From Eledone cirrhosa (Eukaryota): a DNA stretch of 64,000 bases. Positions within the stretch are counted from its first letter, which is position 1. Every line of letters starts with the position of its first letter. Shown in pieces: positions 52,442 to 64,000 of this stretch. The position numbers were made by a program, and so were the translations under genes. The stretch is taken from positions 118,358,001-118,422,000 of the forward strand of contig OZ024740.1 of the NCBI GenBank assembly GCA_964016885.1, in the 5' to 3' direction. The notes below the pieces were generated by a model. It did not search any database. It had not been told where the DNA came from and worked only from the letters and a program-made list of their open reading frames with translations.

Positions 52442-53744
52442 TCACAATTGAGATGTTGCTGAATAGAGTATAGGCTTAGGCCTGGGTGTGTTATGAAAGA
52501 CTAACAGTTGCCCATGCATGTACATTCCCTCCCCCCTTTCCAAGTCACTGTTGTCCTCCAGGGGAAACATCTTGGCAGCAGTGATATCACAGAAAATCTT
52601 GGAACACAAATGTCCAAGAGAGATACAGCAATGCATCATATCTGATTTATTGCAGTATCTCTCACTTCTGTTAAGCTGCAGTCCAGAAATGATGCTTTAT
52701 ATTATATTGAACCTGAAAGGATAAAAGACAATGTTGACTATGGTTAGATTTCAAATCAGAGCACAGAGAGCAGGAAAAATATCATAAAACTTTTAACTGA
52801 ATGTTTTAATGATTCTGACAGTTTGCTACTTATCAAATGAAAATATCATTCTACTAAACAATATACCATATAGTAACCTCTACATCAATTTATGACATAT
52901 TAAAAATGACAGCCAAATCTCTCTTAAATCATACCCTATCATTAATAAGCATGGGACATATTGAATAACGTATTCCTAGACATGCTATGTCTGGAACATA
53001 TGTAACCAGCATAGCAAGAATGCCTTTAATTATAGATCGTATTGATTAAGGATTACATGTAGCCAGAAAACAGCAATAAGGTTAATAATTGTACAAGTAA
53101 AAGAAATATCTACTATTATTTTTACATATAGCACTTATAACTGTATGTAAGAATAACTGTCTGGTTAAGAAGTTCACTTTGTAGCCATGCAATCTCAGAT
53201 TAAATCTAATTGTATGGTACCTTAAGCTAGTGTCTAACATAGCTACAGGTTGACGAATATCTTCTGAGGAAAATTTGGTTCACGAATTTGTGCAGAAGTC
53301 TATATATATAAATCAGTTTGGTGAAACTGTCACAATTGATTGGTATGTATGTATGTATGTATGTATGTATGTATGTATGTATGTATGTATGTATGTATCT
53401 ATGTATGTCACTCGTTCAGCGCATCGGTAGGGGTTCTCCTACATGGATATAAAGTAGTGGCCATACTCGAAAACGAGTTGGCAGCCACCATGTATGTATG
53501 TATGTATGTTCTTCTGGTTTTATAATTTCACAAAGTTTTACCAATAGAGAGAGAGTCGGTTTCTAACATAGACACAAGATTCTCTCATTGGAATTTACAC
53601 AACATCAACTAGGTAGATATGTATGTATGTCTGCATGCATGCATGTGTAGATATGGATGTTATTGTATGTGTGGATGTGTATGTTTTGAGTTCTATGTGT
53701 GCATGTGTATATGCTTTGTATCTGTATATGTGTATATGCAGTTA

Positions 53745-54815
53745 TTAGATGCAAAATTTTTGGAATGTTTTACATATTTTTACTGTTCCATTAATGGATT
53801 GTACTTGTAATTTCCTAACTAGTTGTGTTCTTTCTGTTCCTGTGAAGCCTAGCTTCTCAAGATTTGTATTGAGGCAGTTACTAACATATCCCAGTGCCCC
53901 AATAATCACAGGCATAAATCTGAAGGTGTAATCAGGGTGGTGTATCTGCAGATTTCTCATCAGTTCTGCATAAATATTCTCCTTTTCACTAATCTTTGAT
54001 ATTATATTGGCATCTGCTGGGCAGCTAATTTCCACTACTGGGCATGATTTCTTCTCCCTGTCCCATATCATAATATCTGGTCTGTTATGCCTGCACTTTA
54101 TTGTGGTTTTTACTGGAACATTCCACCAGTACTCTTTCATATTATGTACATGGAAGTCTTCCACATTGTTGTAGCTTTTAATGTGTTTATTTTCGGGGCT
54201 ATCTTTTTTACGAACTGCATTGTACAGTGTTTTGGCCACTACATCATGCCTCATAGGTAAATAGTACCGCGATAACATCTTTGGGAAGCTGCTGATGACA
54301 TGGGTGATATCCTCGATGTTAGTTCTGCAGAGTCTGCACTTGTTATCACATCTAGGTGTTTTGCCTGCATCCCTATCTCTTTTGTGAATCAGGTATTTCA
54401 TGCTAATCTCCTGTTCCTGGATTGCAAAAGCATATCCTTCAAAGTGGGAGCCAATATACCGGTTGTTAGTCCAAGATAGACTACTTTCCTTATCTATATT
54501 ACTCTCACTCTGGAGCTTCCTGGCAACATATCCATGCATGATTTTTTGCTGATAGGCATGCAGTCTTTCATCCATGGATTCACTGCGATACTGCTGAGCG
54601 ACATCCTTGGGTGTGAGTTTTTGATTATCACACAGGGAATATCTCTCAAGGAGTTCCTTCCCAACTCTCATGATCTTATCTGTTTCATGCAGATATACTT
54701 GCTCGAGAAACGGGCTCCTATGCTTCGAGGTTCATAGATGTCGGAGAGATATGATGCGACATTCAAATGTTGTCTGGACAGATGTTAGGCCTCTGCCTCC
54801 CTGCTTATGTTTCAA
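53745..54815 (-). pseudogene. R4/Dong-clade retrotransposon C-terminal part; probable 3' tail at ~53510-53615
   Basis: KQGGRGLTS...MHG...HFEGYAFAIQEQEI..CRLC...EDITHVIS...RHD...HNRPDIMIWD...VVEISCP..K...Y..L...PVIIGALG. Flanked by (TATG)n. Confidence 0.88.
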
Positions 54816-54896
54816 GTAATGTATGTATGTATGTATGTGTGTGTGTGTATGTATGTATGTGAGTGAGTGAGTGAGAGTGTGAGTGAGTGAGAGTTC

Positions 54897-54934
<38 letters not shown>

Positions 54935-54935
<1 letters not shown>

Positions 54936-55232
54936 GTCAGATGAAATGATAACCAGCCACAACACCACTCAACAAAGACCTGGCAAAACAACGTGCGTGA
55001 TATGCAACAAAGTGTGTAGAACTAGTTTCAGACTAAAAAAACACATGGTGGTACATAAAGATTGTGTCCTACAGGGTGATACCAGCGGTCCTATGGAAAG
55101 CATAACTCTCTTCTGTCACCCGTGTCGTAAACCATGCAGATCTACAGATGGCCCACAAAGTCATGGGCACAGATGGGATGACAATGAAGAATCAATAAGC
55201 AATGGCAATCGTCTGTGAAGATGCTGCAATCC
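54935..55232 (+). mobile_element. RTE (BovB-like) zinc-finger 3' tail fragment
   Basis: CVICNKVCRTSFRLKKHMVVH and CHPCRKPCRS...SH, the same layout as 14290-14560. Confidence 0.5.
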
Positions 55233-55947
55233 TCATATGCATATGTATGTGCAAATGCACAGATTTTTGTATGTGTAAATCATTTGGTGAAGGATATAAC
55301 ATTGGACAGAAAGTTAACAAAAAAAAAATACTAAAAAAACAAAACAGATAACAGTTGCTTGATGAACTACATATATCTTAAGATATTTATTCTAAACCAA
55401 TTTCCAGAGACTCTCTTGTCCTTCTTGCAGAGACTCTCTTGTCCTACAAATAGAGTGAACTAATGAGAAGCCCCTTGGAAATCTGTATCTAATGACATTT
55501 ATTATTCACAATCCACATAAAGGCCATGGATTGGCAGTATCGATGCCATGTCAGACACCATACTTTGTGGCATAAAGTTATGACCCTTTATGTTCTGATT
55601 TTAAATTCTGCCACAGTTACCTTCACCTTGTATTCTTACAGGGTCAATAAAATAAATTCCCAGTAATGCACTTGGATCAATTTAATCGACTTCCCACCCA
55701 CCCCCTCAATATGTTTGACCTTGTGCCTAAATCATAAAACATTATTCATCTATTGTGACATTCAATATATAAATTAATAAATAAATATCGAATACATAAC
55801 TTTAACCCACTGAATTCAATTAAAATAAAGTATTCTAAATGGAGAAACTAAAACTAAGGGTAGAACTTTCTATCGCATGTGTTTTTCATAGTTGTTTGTC
55901 CTACTCCTGTGGATGCAGTATGATCAAATAGTTGAGAAATTTACTTC

Positions 55948-56176
55948 TTAACCCTTTAGCATTTAAACTGTCCGAATCTGGCCAGAATTCTCTCACCACT
56001 ATCTGTTTAAACTGGCTGTAACCAGGCTCTCATACTGATGTTAAGATATTGTTCTCAAAACAAATAACATCAAAATCTCATAGATTTGATATTATGTGTT
56101 ACAATTATGTGAGGTAAAGCCTTTACCATGAAAATATAATAGCAAATATAGAGTAATGTAAATGCTAAAGGGTTAA
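55948..56176. mobile_element. piggyBac-type MITE
   Basis: TTAA-CCCTTTAGCATTTA ... TAAATGCTAAAGGG-TTAA: perfect 14-bp TIR with TTAA TSD. Confidence 0.88.
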
Positions 56177-56300
56177 TCATGAGATTCCGGGTTCAGTCCC
56201 ATTGCATGGCATCTTGGTCAATTGACTTTTTCCATAGACTCCTGTCAACGTAAGCATTTTGAGATAAATCAGGTAGACAGAAACTGCTTGAAAGCCCATC
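56177..56300 (+). mobile_element. Decayed tRNA-derived SINE of a second family (similar relics at ~53155-53300 and 59780-59885 minus)
   Basis: B-box-like gggttcagtccc, ggcatcttgg.ca and ggtagacagaaactg..gaaagcccatc. Confidence 0.55.
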
Positions 56301-57340
56301 AGATGAACTGTCCCAGTAATTTAAAGGTCCAACTTTGTGATGCACTGTGTCATTGAATCTCCATTAAGTATTCATATGTCTATGGAATATTCAGCAACTC
56401 ATCCACATACATGTTAATTGAACAAGTAGGCCATTCTATTGACTGGACATTAACTGTTCAAATTGATGAAGGTCTATTTATCATTTTATCTAACCATTGT
56501 TACAATGTAAATAAAAACGAAACAAAAACAAATTAAATTGATATTGTTACATATCCCGAACTATGCTATATCACATAGTTACATGCTATACCATTATTAT
56601 ATCCTTATTAAATAACCACAATATCAAACCTGATAAGTTATTTTTGTTTTCATTATTTTGTGTGTGTGTGTGTATGTGTGTTTTACTTCTATTTGAGTGT
56701 TATATAAAACTATACAGAAATCTATCCTTACTATAAGTCATCCAGAGGGAGGAAAATGAGAAGCAGATTTCAGTGAAGGATTTAAGATATATCATTGTTA
56801 AGCAAGCAAAAAAAAGCAATAAATAAATCAAATGAGACCAGTGAATGAACAGAAAATGTCCTCTTAGTTTTTCAGTCAATAAGCTTGCAAATAGTTAGAT
56901 AGATGAGATATATAAAGGGGAAAAGAAACATTTAGAAAGAGTGTTTTATATATATATATATATATATATATTAGGAAGAGGAGAGGGAAGGAGAATGTCT
57001 AGTGTCTATAAATCAAGTGAAATATCTTTCATTAATCTTATTTGCATTGGATATCATCAAACTTGAACAAGCATTGTTCTACTTACACTTTAATCTACTT
57101 ACACTTTAATCAGCCAGATGTGTGTGTATATATATATATATTGTTATACTTTGGGAGGGTCATGTTGCTAATAAAAACACATGTACCTGTTGGTTTTCAT
57201 TTTGATGATGGTGGTTTTGTTATTTTGTGTCTCTCCTCTTGTGTCTCTCCTCTACACCAACTTGATTTTATGAGCTGTGTGCTGTGTCACTAAAAGAAGA
57301 TGGTGTAGAAGAGAACAATGGAGAGATATGAAATAAATTA

Positions 57341-57381
57341 GTCACTGAAGAAGTCTGTGACGAAAGAGCTTTGACAATAAA
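57341..57381 (+). ncRNA. Minimal type I hammerhead ribozyme (one extra A after A9)
   Basis: GTCA CTGAAGA a GTC tgt GAC GAAAG ag CTT TGAC AATAAA. The 3' half is duplicated at ~57386-57411. Confidence 0.8.
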
Positions 57382-57599
57382 TAATGTGTGACAAAAGAGC
57401 TTTGACAATAAATAAATAAACAACCATCCAGTTATTAATCTAACCCACTGGGAGTTTATAATAAATTGAATTGAAAACTGGTGAGTATATTTTTATTGTC
57501 AACATGACCCTCCCAAAGTAAAATGATATCTGTTTTAACACACGTTTTCAGATAAAAAATCTTGCGAAAGAAATACAAAAACGAAGTATACAGAGGGTA

Positions 57600-57940
57600 A
57601 AGAGTAAAGACCCTCTTTGGTCATGAATGACTGTAGGGTTTGCACATAGAAAGTTCCCCTCCGAGGCACAAGTCTGGGAAAGGTTGTTTGTGGAAGATCA
57701 GTAGTTGCCCATGCATACCAGTCTCCTCTCTCTACACCACTAATGTTGTCCAAGGGAAAGGAAAAGGCTGATACAGCTTGGCACCAGTGATGTAATGCAT
57801 TTCTACCGCTGAGTAAACTGGAGCAATGTGAACTAAAGTGTCTTTCTCAAGAACACAATGCATCACCCTGTCTAGCAATTGAACTCACAACCTCATGACT
57901 GTAAGCCTAATGCTCTTACCATTAAGCCATGTGGCTTCGC
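57600..57940 (-). mobile_element. tRNA-derived SINE of a third family
   Basis: Minus head tggcttaatggtaagagc (A-box) and gagttcaatt (B-box), then gtgttcttgagaaagacacttta..cacattgctccagtttactcagc central domain. Confidence 0.7.
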
Positions 57941-58049
57941 TATACATATTTATGTACACTGGATATAGTTGTGTTTATCACACAAGGAGATAAGTTATAT
58001 TCTGATTTTTACCACTTTTCATTTTGAGACAATATGTAACCGCTAGCAT

Positions 58050-58470
58050 AGTTTGTGGTAGGGTGTCTGACCCCCCCACACACAATGTTTATGGAGATGG
58101 CACTTCAAAGGACAGCCACTGTGCAATAAGTAGTGAAAGAGTCACTTGCTATGAAGAAAACCTTAACAACCTCTCATCTGTAACAATAATGGGGCTAAAG
58201 ATGAGTGACCCCCCCCCCCCCCCCCCGAAGCAGATACAAACTATGCAGTGTGGAAATGCCTCAACCGATTAAGATCTGGTGTTGGTCGTGCAAAAACCTA
58301 ATCTGGCAAAATGGGGTTATTTAAAGGATAGAGACATTGTGTATGACCACAGCCTATGCAGCACCACCTGATATGCCTCATGCGGGAACACCTCTGCACA
58401 GCATTGGACTTGACAGAGTTTAATGAGAAAGAACAGCAATGTGTTCAGCTGTGGCAGAACCACATCTAGC
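58050..58470 (+). mobile_element. Ingi/I-group LINE 3' relic
   Basis: WKCLNRLRSGVGRAK, (frameshift) NLAKWGY, Q.MQH.LIC..C...DL. Confidence 0.65.
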
Positions 58471-58754
58471 CAAACTTTGTAGCCAACACTCTTGCAGACA
58501 CAATAGGAAGAACTATGCAATATGTATTTTGTGCAGGTCAGGCTGAAGGATGGGGTATCAAATTCAAGGGCTATTCTGGGTGTCACATACTCTAGTAGGT
58601 TGGCATTAGAAAGGGCATCCAGCTGTAGAAACCAAGCCCAAATCAGTTCTGTATAAGCAATGCAGGGTCACCTGACCTAACATTGTCCACAACAACTCAT
58701 CTGACCCATGCTAGTGTGGAAGAATGGATGTAAAATGATGATGATAATGATATA

Positions 58755-59100
58755 TATCATCATCATCATCATCATCATCATCATTTTACGTCCGCTTTTC
58801 CCTGCTTGCAAGGGTTGGACGGGTCCTATTTAGCACAGCATCTCTCCACTTGTTACGGTCCTTCGTCATCTCCTTGGTGAGTTTCAGCGATCTGAGGTCT
58901 GCTGTCACCTCCTCAAACCCATGTTTTTCATGGTCTACCTCTACTGAGTCTTCCTTCTACTGGGATTTCTTGGCACTTCTTTACCCATCGGTCATCTTCC
59001 ATGAGCATCACATGTCCATACCATCCAGCCTTCTCTCCTGCACACTACAACTTATCCCTCTTATACCCAATTTCTTTCTCAAATCGTCTATGAAATAATG
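58755..59100 (-). mobile_element. RTE 3' fragment
   Basis: (CAT)n followed by tttacgtccgcttttcc.tgcttgc, and antisense of the LGIRGI.C.VQERRL.WYGHV coding sequence. Confidence 0.7.
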
Positions 59101-59962
59101 AGATGTGGTAATTGTATTTGAGACAAGTCACATTGTTACATAATAGACATAATGTAATTTCAGTTGACTTTCATTCATTAAAAACACACATTATGTGAAT
59201 AAACTTTTGTTAAACTGGAATTTCACTCTCCAACTTATATATATATGTGCGTGTGTGTGAGAGTATGTGTGTGGTTGTGTGATTTTGAAAAGTGTTTATA
59301 AACAAAACTCTAAATTCATTTTGTATTTTCAGTGCAAAATAAACACATATACACATATGCATGTGCCTCCATCAGTTTCTATGATGAGTGTTTCGGTTGT
59401 CCAATCAATGGATCAGCCAGCTCATGAAATCAATATGTAAGTAGCTGAGCAATCTGTAAACACAATTACCCAAGGTTTCCTAGGTTGCCATCTTTTCTTT
59501 TTTATTCTTGTTTTATTCTTGTTTCTTAGGTTGCCATCTTTTCTTTTTTCATTTTTAATACTTATTTTGCCTGCCATTGGCCTTCTCTATATATCTCTGT
59601 ATATCTTGTTGGTTTTTTTCTCAACTGTAAGAAGTACTAGAACTTCTCCTAGTCTGCCATAGCTTAGTAGCTCCATACAAACATTTAAATTGCTAAAATA
59701 TGATATCATGACAAACCAGGCCTTTGAATTACATGCACAATTCACCCAGTACTCTTCCAATTAATTTTTGTTTACGCAAAAGGATTTGGTCAAACTGAAG
59801 CTATGATAAATGACACTTGCCTAAGATGCTATCAAGTGGGGTTGAACCCAGGACCTAACAGATGTGAATTGAACTTCTTAACTATCTGTTAATTGGATGG
59901 AACTTTTTCAGCATGGCATCTCTCCAGTCGTTATATTCTTCTGCTATCTCCTTTGTGATTAG

Positions 59963-60314
59963 CTAGTCGGAAATGACTAGATTTGTAGAAAAAGAAGGGT
60001 GAAATGAAGCAGAAAGAGCATCAGAGTTTTACACAGACCTCTTCAGTTTGGTGAGAAATAATTATTTTTCCTTGCTATTTTCTGATGCTTGCAATCAACT
60101 TTTTTCTTGGGTTAGGGTTCCAGTTTACATTTTCCTGGAAAAAAAAGTCAATTGTGAGCATCTAATAAGTCAGATTAATTGAAAGCAAAAAAAAAAAAAT
60201 AAACAATCGAGGAAAAATAATTATTTCCCACCAAACACGAGAAGTGTGTAGATCTGCAAAACTACGTTGGTCTTTTCACGCTACTTTATCTACAAATCTA
60301 GATGATTCCAACTG
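59963..60314. mobile_element. Diverged fold-back/MITE
   Basis: Inverted arms ctagatttgtaga..gtgaaa..gtttggtgagaaataattatttttcc versus ggaaaaataattatttcccaccaaac..tttcac..tctacaaatctag. Confidence 0.65.
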
Positions 60315-60499
60315 GTTTGAAGGTCATATTTGTTGATAACATGTAAAAAAAGAATACTACAGAAAACTCTGAGGAGGGGTGGGGGGCATCCAGCAGCGGA
60401 TGCCCCTCCTTCTGTATTCTAGGAAAAAAGTCGATTGCAAGCATCTTGGAGATTAGACTAGTTGATAGCACAAAAATAAAACAAAAAAAAACGAGAGGG

Positions 60500-61200
60500 G
60501 TGTTCTATAAATTTACCAAACTCTCCCTGAAGTTCTATCACATACAAAGTCTTCCTTTCCTGTAAGTCTGCCTCTTACACCACAACTGTGTAACCAAGAT
60601 TTACATTGTGTACGCTGTCTTGAATTTATGCCTACTCCTTTTCTCTATATTAAGCAAGACACCTTCCTGAATGAAATCAGGGCCCTATTTTCTTTCTTAC
60701 TTTTTAAAACTTTGGTTTTTGTTAAGTTTACTTTCAATGCTTTTGATTCTAAGTTCTGCTTCCACAGCTGCAATTTCCTCTCTAGTTCTGCAGATTCAGC
60801 TATGAGAACCAGATCATTAGTGTACAGATGTTCCTATAGATAGCTAGTTTCAATCTACTCTGTGATGGCCTAGAGATTATAATAAACAGAAGTGGGATGA
60901 TGACTGAACCCTGATGCACACCTATCTGCACATTGTTTCCTTCAAGGCTGCCAGATGACAGACAATGGTACACTGTCAAACATTTTTTTGAAATTAACAA
61001 AAGGTGGATATAGCACCTTATTCTTTGCTAGGAACTACTCTTGTTTGCTCACTGAAAACGAAGACACTTGTGGTGCTCCCCTTCAAACAAACCCGAACTA
61101 TATCTTATCTAATTTGACGTTTTCCCCAATTTGTTGTGCTAGAACTCTTTCTGTCACTTTCATAGCTTGATCCATTAGTTTTATACCCCCATAGTTGCTC
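60500..61200 (-). mobile_element. Old RTE RT relic
   Basis: VQIGVHQGSVIIPLLFII, LYTNDLVLIAES, and NYGGIKLMDQ on the minus strand. Confidence 0.75.
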
Positions 61201-61372
61201 TAACAATATTCTGATTCATATTGACGCAGTGCCTTGTGATACAGAACACTCATGATACAGAAGACTCTGTAATACAGAATCAAATAAAAAAACAGTGAAA
61301 GGTTGAGCTTAATTCTGCTTCATGAGTAGATGATATTCATGCAAAGGAGCCAGAAACATACATATACATGTA

Positions 61373-62299
61373 TCTGTATATATATAAAAGAATGTATGTG
61401 TGTGCGTGTGTGTGTCTGTGTGTCTGTGTATTACCTATCGGGGCCTACATCGTACGACCGATTTTCATGAAACTTTACGGGCTCATAGATTAGTCATCGG
61501 GGAGTGTTTTCCATATATCAGCGTATCGTTTTTTTTTTTATTCCGGGGTCATTCTGCAGATAAAAATCGATAGGGGGGGGGGGGCAGCTTTTTTTAGGTA
61601 TCGAAAATAAGATTTTGGCTATAGCTCCCACATTTTGCCACCGATTTCGTTCAAATTTTAAAGCAAAATAGAATTTATCAGTACACATCCTGTAATTGCT
61701 TTATATTTTGCATTTGTTGTTCAGCAACAGCGTGGCAGCCGCTTAAATATTCAAAAATACCACTTTTTCGGCTCTAGCTCCCACATTAATCAACCTACTT
61801 TGTTCAAATTTTATCTACGCTAGATCTCATTATTTCACATCTTACAGTGGCTTTACATTTTGAGATTTTTGTTCAGGAACGACGTGGCAGCCGCTTAAAT
61901 ATTCGAAAATACCACCTTTTCGCTCAAATTTCCGCCTTTTCGGCTCTAGCTCCCACATTTTTCAACTGATTCTGTTCAAATTCGAAACTTCGGCTCCACC
62001 TCACACATAAATCAATTTATGTGGTTTAACTTTTATGCTACGATAGAACCTATCATTGCACATCTTATAGTAGCTTTACACTTTGCATTTTTTGTTCAGG
62101 GACGGCGTGGCAGCCGTTTAACTCTTCAAAATACGATTTTTTCCACCTCCCACATATTCCATACGATTTCACTCAACATTTCGCCATTTGCTACACCTTA
62201 CGACCGATTTTCAAGAAGCCTGCAGTCGCTAAGATCAACACCTTTTCATCAAAGCAGATATTATTTTACCTACCCAGGCAACGCTGGGTACTGCTGCTA

Positions 62300-62300
<1 letters not shown>
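61373..62300 (+). mobile_element. Non-autonomous Helitron with internal tandem repeats
   Basis: A|TCTGTATATATATAAAAG start, (TG)n, hairpin TACCCAG-GCAAC-GCTGGGTA and CTAG|T end. Repeated ggct.tagctcccacatt...cgtggcagccg units. Confidence 0.8.
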
Positions 62301-62335
<35 letters not shown>

Positions 62336-63703
62336 TTATATATATATGAGAGAGTAAATAGAAAGCAAATGTAACAGATAAATTATAATGAGAATATAGA
62401 AAATTGTAATGAAGAAAAAGTATAACTCCTAAAATAAAATGCATTTCTACACGTTTCTCAAAGCATGTACAAATAATACCAATTGTCTTGGAGCAAAGAA
62501 AATAAAAAACATATTTGATTTCTTTCTTTCCACAATCATTATAATCATCGTACTTATCAATTTTTTTCTGACAACATTAAAAATCAATCATTGAAGTTAT
62601 TTTTTGTCATAAATGTGCTTGTTGCTTCTAGTATTTATCATGCAATCTCAACATGGATCATTGTTGGTATTTTCCTACATTAGCAGCATAAATCAACTTA
62701 TGAAAGGTTGTCACATTTTTATCATTCATCTATTCTATTTCTTTGAAGTGTAAAACCTGAGGGGGATGTTGCCTCATGTTCTCAGTGAACAGAATTGCAA
62801 AAGTGAAAATTCTGCAGGTCTACGCAGAGAGGTGGATGATAGAAATTTAGATTGCTAGACTAATTATTACGATAATTATTAACTACATTTTACTTCTGGG
62901 GTCGAGTTTTGCCAATGTTTACTTTGCACTTCCACCCTCCCAGATAACGAAAAAGTAGTACCAGACATATAGTGGTGTTCCATCCATTAATTACATGTTT
63001 CCCCATCAGTTTGCAGTCTTGTGTCAATATAAATAATCAATATTAGTCACAATGAAAATAATACCAGAAAATCAAACACAATTTTACTGACTTAATTATC
63101 TTGTACTCCATATAATAAGATTAGTGGATGTCCTAAGTGTGTGAAAAGAGTGATTAAACTTTAAGAAATTAACAAAACCTGATGTTCAAAACGTGAATCA
63201 TTTATTTGGTTACTCTCATGCTAGAGTCTACTTCATCAAAATAGCTTTCAACCAACAAATACACCAGAAACATCTCTAGCTCCACCAACAATACCAGTAT
63301 TGCTAATATTATATCAGCAGAAACTCATGTTGCATTTATACTTAATATTGTGACTCACTCGACAATGTTTCATTGGCTACAACCATGCCATAGCCTAATT
63401 AATCAGGATTGCCTTTGTTTAGCCAATAACAACATAAACATCAACAAAACAAAGATACTGTTAACTCCTCACTCATCATTAATAGTAAACAAATATCTCT
63501 TTTGTTACATACTAGATGGAAATGGTGAAATAAAAATAAAATACATCAAATTCAACAATAGCAGAAAGCTCAAACAGATGTTATATATTAGATGGCTTTT
63601 TAAAAAAGAATTGTCTAATTCAAAATATTCTATATTATACTAGTATACAAATATACACATAAGCACTTACATTTATAAACTTAGACATATATATATATAT
63701 ATA

Positions 63704-63734
<31 letters not shown>

Positions 63735-63949
63735 TTTCATATATATATATATATGTATATAAGATATATATTTCCTCCTCTTCCTTTCCGTCCTCATTTT
63801 ACATCAGCTTTGCCATACTGGCATGAGTTATATGTATACATATATGTATGTTTGTGTGTGAGTGAGCTTGTAGATATATATATATATATAAACTCATGCA
63901 CACACAAAATTAGTTACTTACAAAAACATATTTGTGTACATATACACAT

Positions 63950-64000
<51 letters not shown>

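Noticed and set aside
54883-55218. Host C2H2 zinc-finger gene exon
   Set aside because: It matches the zinc-finger tail layout of RTE elements and starts in a (TG)n tract.

Overview
AT-rich, microsatellite-rich animal DNA with no intact host gene. It is probably intronic or intergenic octopus/cephalopod sequence, inferred from the SINE repertoire. Almost every recognisable segment is a transposon relic: many RTE LINE copies (one near full length, one nested antisense with a TSD), fragments of CR1, L1/Tx1, R4/Dong, CRE-like and Ingi-like LINEs, tRNA-derived SINEs, two Helitrons, a mariner relic and MITEs. Most long ORFs in the track are translated (TA)n/(CA)n repeats. The most striking layer is a set of Penelope-like element (PLE) termini from many non-alignable families, inserted in (TA)n tracts. 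They carry four canonical minimal hammerhead ribozymes, several hammerheads with altered 5' cores, and fold-back ends centred on the ribozyme. They also carry a covarying bulged hairpin, RCUC-[variable stem-loop]-UH-GAGY, in the 3' tail of about seven unrelated families. I do not recognise this hairpin from the literature, and it is my best candidate for an undescribed cis-acting element. All alignments and folds were done by eye, so element boundaries are approximate unless exact motifs are quoted.
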